Notes under the pieces: generated by a model
What the model saw: only the letters and a program-made list of their open reading frames with translations
The model's database searches: none
Told to the model about the DNA's origin: nothing
Assembly: GCA_021776785.1 (NCBI GenBank)
Contig: JAJFFF010000001.1
Span: forward strand, 93,403 to 157,402
From: Planctomycetota bacterium
GTDB lineage: Bacteria > Planctomycetota > PLA2
Direction of reading: 5' to 3'
Length of the DNA stretch: 64,000 nt
Translations under genes and position numbers: made by a program
Part shown: positions 38,120-46,366 of the stretch, piece after piece
Position numbering within the stretch: position 1 is the stretch's first letter
How the letters are laid out: every line of letters starts with the position of its first letter

Positions 38120-38914
38120 ATGGCTGAACTTGCAAGCTACGCCGTCAAGGACGGGATCGCGACGATCACGCTCGACGACCCGCCCGTGAACGGTTACACC
38201 CACGAAATGAACGCCCAAGTGGATGCTTGCATCCTCAAGGCGCGGTTCGATACCAGCGTGCATGTCATCGTGTTACGCGGTGCGGGCGAGAAGTTTTTCT
38301 GCGCCGGCGCGAACATCAACATGCTGCAGACGGCCGACCCCGTCTTTAAGTACTACTTCTGCTTGCACGCCAACGAGACGCTGTCGCGCTTGGAGCAGAC
38401 GCCCAAGCTCACGATTGCGGCGCTCAACGGCCACTGCGTCGGCGGCGGTCTGGAGTACGCGATGGCGTGCGACATCCGTATCGGTCGCAAGGGCGGCGGC
38501 AAGACCGGTCTTCCCGAAGTCCATCTCGGCGTCTTGCCGGGCACCGGCGGCACGCAGCGCCTGTTGCGTTTGGTCGGCAAGTCCAAGGCGATCGAGCTCA
38601 TGATCGAGGGTCGCAACTTCGGCTTCGAAGAGGCCATGGAGATGGGGATCATCAACAAGATCTTCGAAGGCGACACGGCCGATGCGTTCATGGAGAACGT
38701 GTACGAGTACGCGCGCGGTTTCGTTCCGCCCGCGAAGGCGAGCATGGCCGTGGGGCACATCAAGCGTGCCGTCCAAACCGGCGGCGAGGTCCCGCTCGAA
38801 TACGGTCTGGCGTTGGAGCGCGAGCTGCAGGCCAAACTGTTCTCGTCTGGTGATGCGAAGGTCGGTCTGAACGCCTACGTCGAGAAGGTCAAGCCGGACT
38901 TCAAGGGCACGTAG
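38120..38914 (+). CDS. enoyl-CoA hydratase/isomerase (crotonase) family protein
   Basis: Oxyanion-hole segments FCAGANI and GHCVGGGLEYAMACDIRI. Confidence 0.8.
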   Translation: MAELASYAVKDGIATITLDDPPVNGYTHEMNAQVDACILKARFDTSVHVIVLRGAGEKFFCAGANINMLQTADPVFKYYFCLHANETLSRLEQTPKLTIAALNGHCVGGGLEYAMACDIRIGRKGGGKTGLPEVHLGVLPGTGGTQRLLRLVGKSKAIELMIEGRNFGFEEAMEMGIINKIFEGDTADAFMENVYEYARGFVPPAKASMAVGHIKRAVQTGGEVPLEYGLALERELQAKLFSSGDAKVGLNAYVEKVKPDFKGT

Positions 38915-38927
38915 CCCGTCGCCAGCC

Positions 38928-39695
38928 TTGGCGATCGAACTTTCATTCCAGGGGCGGCTCGCGCGCATTACGTTCGCGCGACCGCCCCTTAATATTTTCG
39001 ACCAAGAGCACCTCACGTTGCTTGGCGATCGCGTCGCGACCGTCGCCGCTTCCAATGCTGCGATCTTGGTCTTGGACGCCGCCCCGGACTGCCGCGCGTT
39101 CAGCGCCGGCAACGCGGTCGAAGATCACGCGCCCGAACGTGCGCCGGCCATGCTGGCTCAGTTTCATCGCGCGGTGCGCGGCCTGCTCGCGCTCGACGCG
39201 ATCGTGGTGGCGGACGTTGCCGGTCCCGCCCTCGGCGGCGGGTGTGAACTGTGTGCTGTGTGCGACCTTGTGTACGCGACGCCCGGGGCGAAGTTTGGAC
39301 AACCGGAGATCAACGTTGGTTGTTTCCCGCCGGTCGCGACCGCTTGGTTGCCGCGGCGTGTCGGTTGGACGCGCGCGGTCGATATGATCGTGACGGGACG
39401 GCGCCTGAGCGCGGAGGACGCGTGGCGGGCGGGGCTCGTCACCGAGGTTGGTTCCGTAGCGGCGGTGCGCGGGATCCGCACGTTGCTCACGAAGAGCCCT
39501 GATGTCTTGCGTGTGACGAAGGCCGCGCTCCGAGCGGGTACGCTGGGGGAAGCCGAAACGTTGTATCGCGAGCGTCTGCTCGCGCTTCCCGATGCGGCCG
39601 AAGGCGTGCGCGCGTTTTTGGAGAAGCGTGCGCCGCAGTGGATGGACCGCCGGATGGACGGCGAGGGCCCGGATTCGGAATCGGCTACGGAATAA
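38928..39695 (+). CDS. crotonase-family protein (divergent)
   Basis: FSAGNAV and GPALGGGCELCAVCDLVYA segments. Sits 14 bp after the preceding crotonase gene. Confidence 0.7.
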   Translation: MAIELSFQGRLARITFARPPLNIFDQEHLTLLGDRVATVAASNAAILVLDAAPDCRAFSAGNAVEDHAPERAPAMLAQFHRAVRGLLALDAIVVADVAGPALGGGCELCAVCDLVYATPGAKFGQPEINVGCFPPVATAWLPRRVGWTRAVDMIVTGRRLSAEDAWRAGLVTEVGSVAAVRGIRTLLTKSPDVLRVTKAALRAGTLGEAETLYRERLLALPDAAEGVRAFLEKRAPQWMDRRMDGEGPDSESATE

Positions 39696-39699
39696 ACGA

Positions 39700-41370
39700 A
39701 TGCATCGCACACTTGTTTTGCTTGGGATCGGCGTCGCTTTATTGGGCGGTGCGTTCGTCGTCGCCCAGGATGGCGCGGTACGGCCCCAGCGGGTTCGCTT
39801 CGGGCGCTTCGCGACGTCGGACAACTGTGCGCTTTGTCATTCCAACACCAGCACCGCCGGTGCGCTCCGCGATAACCAGGGGCGCCCGATCGCGCCGTAC
39901 GATCTCTGGCGCGCGACGATGATGGCGAACTCCGCGCGCGACCCGTTTTTCTTCGCGATGATGGCCGCCGAGGTCGTTCAGCACCCGCAGCATCGTGCGC
40001 AGATCGAAGCGAAGTGTCTCCGCTGTCACGCCCCGATGGCGCACGACGAACTGCGGCGGCGCAAAGGAGCCGACGCGATCGGGACGGGCGTGTTTGAGCA
40101 GGCGTCGCCGCTGGCCGCGCTCGCGCGCGACGGCGTGTCATGCACCGTGTGCCATCAGATCGAAGCGAAAGGCCTGGGCGAGAAGGAGTCGTTTAGCGGT
40201 AACTTTTCGATCAACGGCTCCCGCGAGATCTACGGACCGCACGCCGAAGTGTTTGCACTTCCGATGCGCAACGTGCTGAACTACCACCCGCAGCGCGGCG
40301 ACCACATTCGCGACGCCGGGTTGTGCGGGACTTGCCACACGCTGTTTGTCGATACGCTCGACAAGTCCGGCAAGCCGACCGGTCTCAAGCTACCGGAGCA
40401 GACGCCGTACTTGGAGTGGCGCAACTCGAGCTTTGCGACGACCCAAACGTGTCAGGACTGCCACGCCCCGCCGACGGGAACGTCGGGCGCGCCGGTCCGC
40501 ACGCGCATCGCCCGCGAGGCCAACGGTTCCGACTTCGCCGAGATCGAAGCGCGTTCGCCGTTTGGCCGCCACATTTTCGTGGGGGGCAATGTGCTCTTGC
40601 CCGCCATCTTGCGCGACCACAGCAAGGAGCTTGGCGTCACGGCGCCGGCGGCCGCGTTCGACAACGTGATCGCACGGACCAAGCAGCAACTGCAGGAGCG
40701 AACGGCCCGACTGCGCATTGCCGACATCATCACCGGCTACGAGTTCGCCGTGGATGTCGAGAACCTGACCGGTCACAAGTTCCCGACCGCACACCCGAGC
40801 AGTCGCGCGTGGCTGCGCATTCGCATCTACGATCGCAATCGCAAGCTGCTGTTCAGCTCCGGCGAATTCGATCGCCGCGGACGGCTCATCGACAAGGATG
40901 GCAAAGTCCTGGCGTCTGAACGCGCCGGCGGGCCGCTTGTAGCGCACCGCGTATCGATCGACGAGCCGGACCAAGTGCAGGTCTACGAAGCCGTGCTCAA
41001 GTCCGCCGCCGGAAAACAGACGATCTCGGCCCATGGCGCCGCCGGCTACTACAAGGACAACCGCCTCCTGCCGCGCGGGTGGCGGGCCGATCACGAGTAT
41101 GCAGCGGCGACCAAGCCCATTGGTTTGGGCGAGGACGAGGACGACTTTGTGGGCGGCAGCGACCGCGTGTACTTCCAGGTTGAGATTCCCGATCGCGTGA
41201 CCGTGTATTTCATCGAGGCCGACTTGCTCTATCAGCCGATTTCCGAGCGGTTCGCCGCCGAGCTGTTTGCGATCGACGCTCCCGCCATCGCCCGCTTCAA
41301 GCGGATGTTTGACGCGGCGGAGACGACGCCCGTGGTGGTGGCGCACGCCCGCGCGACCGTGATTCGCTAG
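39700..41370 (+). CDS. pentaheme c-type cytochrome, exported
   Basis: Signal peptide MHRTLVLLGIGVALLGGAFVVAQ and five CxxCH motifs (CALCH, CLRCH, CTVCH, CGTCH, CQDCH). The ATG at 39700 was verified. Confidence 0.75.
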   Translation: MHRTLVLLGIGVALLGGAFVVAQDGAVRPQRVRFGRFATSDNCALCHSNTSTAGALRDNQGRPIAPYDLWRATMMANSARDPFFFAMMAAEVVQHPQHRAQIEAKCLRCHAPMAHDELRRRKGADAIGTGVFEQASPLAALARDGVSCTVCHQIEAKGLGEKESFSGNFSINGSREIYGPHAEVFALPMRNVLNYHPQRGDHIRDAGLCGTCHTLFVDTLDKSGKPTGLKLPEQTPYLEWRNSSFATTQTCQDCHAPPTGTSGAPVRTRIAREANGSDFAEIEARSPFGRHIFVGGNVLLPAILRDHSKELGVTAPAAAFDNVIARTKQQLQERTARLRIADIITGYEFAVDVENLTGHKFPTAHPSSRAWLRIRIYDRNRKLLFSSGEFDRRGRLIDKDGKVLASERAGGPLVAHRVSIDEPDQVQVYEAVLKSAAGKQTISAHGAAGYYKDNRLLPRGWRADHEYAAATKPIGLGEDEDDFVGGSDRVYFQVEIPDRVTVYFIEADLLYQPISERFAAELFAIDAPAIARFKRMFDAAETTPVVVAHARATVIR

Positions 41371-41445
41371 GCCCTGTCGACGAAATGGCCGGCAATCGGT
41401 CGGCCCGGCCCCGCAACTCGCCGCCGCCTGCTGCTTTCGTACACT

Positions 41446-42444
41446 GTGCGACTCATGCGCGCCGTCGTCATCCGGGAACACGGATCCTTTGAAAAGCTAC
41501 GCTTAGAAGAACTTCCGGTACCCGAACCCGGCCCGGATGAGGTGCGCGTGCGGGTCAAAGCGGCGGCGCTGAACCACTTAGATACGTGGGTACGGCGCGG
41601 GATCGCGGGCTTCAAGTTTCCGCTCCCGATCATTCCCGGCTGCGACGGGGCGGGCGTGATCGATGCCGTCGGCGTCGCGGCGCATGGATGCGCGGTGGGC
41701 CAGGAAGTGATCCTATCGCCTGGAATCGGCGATCCCCTCGCCCGCGACTACGGCATCTTGGGCGAAACGCGAGACGGGACCAACTGCGACTACATTGTGG
41801 TGCCGCGCGAGTGCGCGATTCCGAAGCCGGCCTCGATTTCGTGGCGCGAAGCGGCTGCGTTCCCGCTGACGTTTTTAACGGCGTGGGGCATGCTCGTGAA
41901 CAAGGCGAAAGTCCTGCCCGGCGAATGGGTGCTTGTGCACGCCGCGGGATCGGGCGTCGGCGTGGCGTGCTTACAGATTGCCAAGCTCTACAACTGTCGT
42001 GTGATCGCGACCGCCTCGACCGAGGCGAAGCGCGCGCGGGCGATCGAACTCGGCGCGGACCACGCGCTGCCTTACGAGGGGTTTGCCAAAGCCGCGCGCG
42101 CGATCACCGAGAAGCGTGGCGTTGATGTCGTTGTCGATCACGTCGGCCCGGACACCTTTACCGGTTCGGTGCAGACGCTGCGGAAGGGCGGGCGGCTCGT
42201 GACCTGCGGCGGGACGAGCGGACACGAGATCACGTTTGATGTCCGTCATCTCTTTTTCAAGAGTCTTTCGTTTTTGGGTTCGACGATGGGGCCGCTGGCC
42301 GACCTCGTCCGCATCGTCGATCATGTCGGCGCGGGTCGTTTGCGACCGGTCGTCGACTCTGTGTTTCCTCTTGAGTCCATTGGCGACGCGCACCGTCGGG
42401 TGGCGGAACGCGCCGTGGTCGGGAAGGTCGTAATCGAACTGTGA
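41446..42444 (+). CDS. MDR-family NAD(P)H:quinone oxidoreductase / alcohol dehydrogenase-like
   Basis: GroES-like N-terminal domain and a Rossmann motif AAGSGVGVACLQIAK. Confidence 0.75.
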   Translation: MRLMRAVVIREHGSFEKLRLEELPVPEPGPDEVRVRVKAAALNHLDTWVRRGIAGFKFPLPIIPGCDGAGVIDAVGVAAHGCAVGQEVILSPGIGDPLARDYGILGETRDGTNCDYIVVPRECAIPKPASISWREAAAFPLTFLTAWGMLVNKAKVLPGEWVLVHAAGSGVGVACLQIAKLYNCRVIATASTEAKRARAIELGADHALPYEGFAKAARAITEKRGVDVVVDHVGPDTFTGSVQTLRKGGRLVTCGGTSGHEITFDVRHLFFKSLSFLGSTMGPLADLVRIVDHVGAGRLRPVVDSVFPLESIGDAHRRVAERAVVGKVVIEL

Positions 42445-43565
42445 GCGAGATTCAAAAAAACCCCGAGTACCCGACCGAGCTGGAGTATCGACGCTTTCTC
42501 GACCACGGTTTCGTGGCGCTGATTGACGTGATGGGCGACGACGCTTCCATCGTGCAAGCGGCGCGCGTGTCCTACGGCAAGGGCACGAAAACGATGCGGT
42601 CGGACAAAGCGCTGATCAGCTACCTCATGCGGCACGCGCACACGACCCCGTTTGAGATGGTCGAGTTCAAGTTCCTCATGCGGATGCCGGTGTTCATTGC
42701 GCGCCAAGTCATCCGCCACCGCACTGCAAGCGTCAACGAGTACAGCGCGCGCTATTCGGAAGTGCCCGATCGGTTCTGGGTTCCGGCCCTGGGCGCGATC
42801 GCCGAGCAGGACAACGTCAACCGTCAGGGACGCTTGGACAAGCTGCGCGATCTCGCGCGCCGACTTCCGGCGCACGCGTCCGGCGCCACGTGTAAGTACC
42901 ACGACGGCGCGGTCGCCGTTCTTGTTGCGCGCGACGGCACTGGGATCTGCGGACATGCCCTCTCCGATGTCGATGCACGCAGCGATTTCGTGTCGCACTG
43001 GCGTGGCGACGACGAAGCCAAGGCCTGGCTGCCGACCGAAGAGTACGCGTACTGGGTCGAGGAGTTGCTCGAGCACTTCCCTGCTGAAAAAGAAAAACTT
43101 GCGAACGTGCAGGCGCGCATTCGCGAGGCGAACGAGTCGGCGTACGCGCTGTACCGGCAGTTGCTTGAGGACGGTGTTGCGCGTGAGTTGGCGCGCGGCG
43201 TGTTGCCGCTCACGATGTACACGGAGTGGTACTGGAAGATCGATCTCCACAACCTGTTTCACTTCCTGCGTCTGCGCATGGACGCGCATGCGCAGTACGA
43301 GGTGCGGGCGCTGGCCGAAGCGATGGCCGGTTTCGTGGCGCCGCGCGTCCCGGCCGCGTGGGAGGCGTTTTACAACGACCGCGCGCAGGGCACGTTTTTG
43401 TCCAAGGCCGAGCGCGAAGTGCTCCGACCGCTCGACGCGGCCGCGCAAACCGAAGTGCTCAGAGGCCTGCACGAGCGCGGCTATCGCAGCCGGCGCCTCA
43501 AAGAAGTGTGCCGTAAGCTCGGCATGGAAGAGAATATGGTCGATGAACTTTGGCCGCCTAAATAG
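42441..43565 (+). CDS. thyX: flavin-dependent thymidylate synthase ThyX, long form with a ~120-aa insertion
   Basis: ThyX signature RHRTASVNEYSARYSE (RHRx7SxRY). GTG start overlaps the upstream stop. Confidence 0.8.
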   Translation: MSEIQKNPEYPTELEYRRFLDHGFVALIDVMGDDASIVQAARVSYGKGTKTMRSDKALISYLMRHAHTTPFEMVEFKFLMRMPVFIARQVIRHRTASVNEYSARYSEVPDRFWVPALGAIAEQDNVNRQGRLDKLRDLARRLPAHASGATCKYHDGAVAVLVARDGTGICGHALSDVDARSDFVSHWRGDDEAKAWLPTEEYAYWVEELLEHFPAEKEKLANVQARIREANESAYALYRQLLEDGVARELARGVLPLTMYTEWYWKIDLHNLFHFLRLRMDAHAQYEVRALAEAMAGFVAPRVPAAWEAFYNDRAQGTFLSKAEREVLRPLDAAAQTEVLRGLHERGYRSRRLKEVCRKLGMEENMVDELWPPK

Positions 43566-43607
43566 CCGTTGCGGGACCCGTCCCTTGAGCGGCTTACGAT
43601 ACGCGCG

Positions 43608-44372
43608 ATGAGTGGCTACAAGACGATCTTGGTCGATGTGGATGACCGTCTCGCGACGGTGACGTTTAACCGTCCGGAGAAACGCAACGCGATCGATCGT
43701 ACGATGGTCGATGAGTTGCACGACGCCTTGGACGGACTCGTCGCCGACGGTGTGGCGCAAGCGTGTGTGTTCACGGGCGCGGGCGAGAAAGCGTTCGTGG
43801 GCGGCGCCGACATCGCACAGCTGCGCGAACGGCGTGCGCATGACGCGCTGCAAACGATCAACGCGGCTTTGTTCAACAAGATCGAGGCGTTGCCGTTCCC
43901 GACCGTGGCGGCCGTGCGCGGATACTGCCTCGGCGGCGGATGCGAATTGTCGATGTGTTGTGACCTGCGCGTGGCCGGCGAGGGCGCGAAGTTCGGTCAA
44001 CCCGAGGTTGCCCTCGGCATTATTCCGGCCGCGGGCGGCACGCAGCGCCTACCGCGCTTGGTCGGACTCGGTCGCGCCAAGGACTTGGTGCTGACCGGCC
44101 GGATCATCGATGCCGCGGAAGCGGCCGCCATGGGCCTTGTCAATCGGGTCGTTCCCGATGACGAAGTCCTGAGTGCGTCAGTGGAGCTCGCGCGCCTGAT
44201 TCTCAAGAACGGAACGTTAGCGGTGCGACTGGCGAAGCTCAGCCTTAACAACTCCTCGCGGACGGGGCAGGATTCCGGTCTGCTGCTGGAGCAGATGGCG
44301 CAGGCGGTCTTGTTCGATAGCGACGAGAAGTTTCAGCGGATGGGTGACTTCCTCGAACGCCGTAAGCGCTAG
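43608..44372 (+). CDS. enoyl-CoA hydratase (crotonase)
   Basis: FTGAGEKAFVGGADI and GYCLGGGCELSMCCDLRVA motifs. An alternative start lies at 43569. Confidence 0.8.
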   Translation: MSGYKTILVDVDDRLATVTFNRPEKRNAIDRTMVDELHDALDGLVADGVAQACVFTGAGEKAFVGGADIAQLRERRAHDALQTINAALFNKIEALPFPTVAAVRGYCLGGGCELSMCCDLRVAGEGAKFGQPEVALGIIPAAGGTQRLPRLVGLGRAKDLVLTGRIIDAAEAAAMGLVNRVVPDDEVLSASVELARLILKNGTLAVRLAKLSLNNSSRTGQDSGLLLEQMAQAVLFDSDEKFQRMGDFLERRKR

Positions 44373-44427
44373 TTGGGCCGCACCGCAAGGGACCTGAGAT
44401 GGACAGTCGGATCGGACACGGGAAGCG

Positions 44428-44814
44428 ATGAGCGCATACGACGTTGTCCTGGCCAAACTCAAGCCCGGGGATGCTTTGCGCACTCCCGACAAGAGTACCG
44501 GGAAGCCGTTCACGATCGATGCCGTTGATGCGGAGTCGGTCACCGTGAAGACCGCCCGCGGCGGGCGTGTGAAGCTTTCGCTGTTCACGTTCGACACCGC
44601 CGTGAAGTATCTGCAGGACGGACGCTACGGCGGCGAAAACTGGTTGCCGATCAAAGACGAGATGTTTCAGGCCGTCTTAAACATGGATAACGATCGCGTG
44701 CGTGCGGCGTCCTACATCGTTGCTGTGCTCGGTTATGTCGGATTGTTCGACGTGGACGGGCGGCGTCCCAACAAGGTGCGTCTCGCCGCGCCGGCCGGAG
44801 CGCAGGACCAATGA
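44428..44814 (+). CDS. hypothetical protein
   Basis: 128 aa with no signal peptide. Its stop overlaps the prepilin peptidase start. Confidence 0.35.
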   Translation: MSAYDVVLAKLKPGDALRTPDKSTGKPFTIDAVDAESVTVKTARGGRVKLSLFTFDTAVKYLQDGRYGGENWLPIKDEMFQAVLNMDNDRVRAASYIVAVLGYVGLFDVDGRRPNKVRLAAPAGAQDQ

Positions 44815-45656
44815 TCTTGGTGTACGCGGCCGCCGGCCTCGTCGTTGGGCACGTCCTGCGACGGATCACCCCGTGGCTGGCGCGGATTCATCACGAGGGA
44901 CCGGTGTTTCGCTGGCCCTGGGTCGAGCTGCTCACGGCGACGCTGTTTGCGATCACGGCTTGGCAGACGCCGACCCTTCCGCCGTGGGTTGTGTTCGTCA
45001 CGCTTCTTTGCGCGATCACATCGACGGACTTCTTGTGCAAGCTCATCCCGGACCGCGTCACGTTTCCCGGAGCGTTTTTGGGGATCGTGTTTTCGTGGGT
45101 CTATTGGCCCACGATTCACGGGCACTTAAACCATGGCAACATGGCGGCGCTCGTCGGTGTCGCCCCGGGACCGGTGGCGGGCTTGGTGCTCGGCGCCATG
45201 GGGGCCGCCGTCGGGTTCGGCGTGCTCGAAGGCTTCCGGCGCGTCATGGGCGCCGTTGTGGGCATGGAAGTCATGGGCATGGGGGACTCCAAGCTGCTCA
45301 TGCTCGTCGGAGCCTTCCTCGGCCCGTCGATGGTGTTGCTCTCGATCGCACCCGGCCTCGTCTTCGGAATCGGCTTCGGTGTGCTGTACACGCGGATCGC
45401 GAAAACGCCGCACCTTCCGTTTGGACCCGCGCTCGCGGCCGGCGCGTTCGTCACCGCGCTGTGGGGGGAGTCGATCCTTCACGGATGGCTCTCGATCGGA
45501 AAAGCGATGCGCTCGCTCACGCCCGCCGCGTCGCTCGCGATCTCGGTCGTCCTGCTCGGTATCGCGGTCTGGATGTTGATGCGCGTCCGCAAACGTCGCG
45601 CGGAGTACACGCGACAGATCGAAGAGGAATACGAGTCACTCGATTCGCGTGACTAA
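44811..45656 (+). CDS. A24-family prepilin (type IV leader) peptidase, lacking the N-terminal zinc-binding domain
   Basis: Polytopic membrane protein with the GMGDSKLL active-site motif. No CxxC pairs at the N-terminus. Confidence 0.7.
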   Translation: MILVYAAAGLVVGHVLRRITPWLARIHHEGPVFRWPWVELLTATLFAITAWQTPTLPPWVVFVTLLCAITSTDFLCKLIPDRVTFPGAFLGIVFSWVYWPTIHGHLNHGNMAALVGVAPGPVAGLVLGAMGAAVGFGVLEGFRRVMGAVVGMEVMGMGDSKLLMLVGAFLGPSMVLLSIAPGLVFGIGFGVLYTRIAKTPHLPFGPALAAGAFVTALWGESILHGWLSIGKAMRSLTPAASLAISVVLLGIAVWMLMRVRKRRAEYTRQIEEEYESLDSRD

Positions 45657-45662
45657 CAGATC

Positions 45663-45710
45663 AGCCGCGGCGCCAAAGCGCCAAAGCACCAAAGCACCAA
45701 AGCGCCGCGG
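45663..45710. terminator. 10-bp GC stem with a 28-nt CAAAG-repeat loop between convergent genes
   Basis: gccgcggcgc (45663-45672) pairs with gcgccgcggc (45701-45710). The loop is caaagcgccaaagcaccaaagcaccaaa. Confidence 0.4.
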
Positions 45711-45724
45711 CGACGCCTGAATGC

Positions 45725-46240
45725 CTAGAAGTCCTTGCGGACGCCGAGCACGACTTCGCTCTGCACGCCGTCGGGCGCGTGATCGGGTTCATCGTGACGA
45801 TGCCCGTTGCCCATCGGTTTGCGCGCGCGAAACGCCAAGTTGACCCACCAGCCCTCGCCGAACTGAATCTGCGTTCCGATGCCGACGACGGACTCAAACT
45901 CGATCGGCGTATGAATGGCGTCCGCTTCGTAGTAGGAGACCATCGCGCCACCCTCGAGGTACACGTAGATCTTGCCTTCGCGCAACACGATTGGATAACG
46001 CGCTTTTTGGCCGACGGAAATGCGACTGAACGACTCGCTCCCGTCACCATACTCCGCCGGCAACGTTCCTTGACCGGCGACAACAAACGGAACGCCCTGT
46101 AGGGCTCCACCGTCCGCGTCCTGTAATACGAAATCGACCTCGCCAAACTGCACGTCGTGATTGGACCGTCCGTAGACAGACTCCGCCCCTTTGTATTGAC
46201 ATGCAGCTAGAGCGAGGAGCAAAACTAACACTACCCTCAT
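45725..46240 (-). CDS. lipoprotein, hypothetical
   Basis: Start at MRVVLVLLLALAACQ (LAAC lipobox), with AGGAG ~12 nt upstream. Confidence 0.5.
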   Translation of the reverse strand: MRVVLVLLLALAACQYKGAESVYGRSNHDVQFGEVDFVLQDADGGALQGVPFVVAGQGTLPAEYGDGSESFSRISVGQKARYPIVLREGKIYVYLEGGAMVSYYEADAIHTPIEFESVVGIGTQIQFGEGWWVNLAFRARKPMGNGHRHDEPDHAPDGVQSEVVLGVRKDF

Positions 46241-46366
46241 TGCTCGCACTCCTGCACCCGGCCTCCCAGCCGAGTTTCGCTGCGCGACTATAGCGATTTC
46301 GCGACACGCAAGATAGTCGAAACTCACTATGTGGCTGCGTTGAGCCAGCGGGAGTGGTGTCTGGGC

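Noticed and set aside
39164-41481. Minus-strand ORFs of 325 aa and 363 aa
   Set aside because: They are antisense to the crotonase and pentaheme cytochrome genes. The proteins are Arg/Ala/Pro-rich and low-complexity.
42321-44000. 559-aa minus-strand ORF
   Set aside because: It lies antisense to thyX and a crotonase gene, both with strong motif support. Its composition is R-rich and low-complexity.
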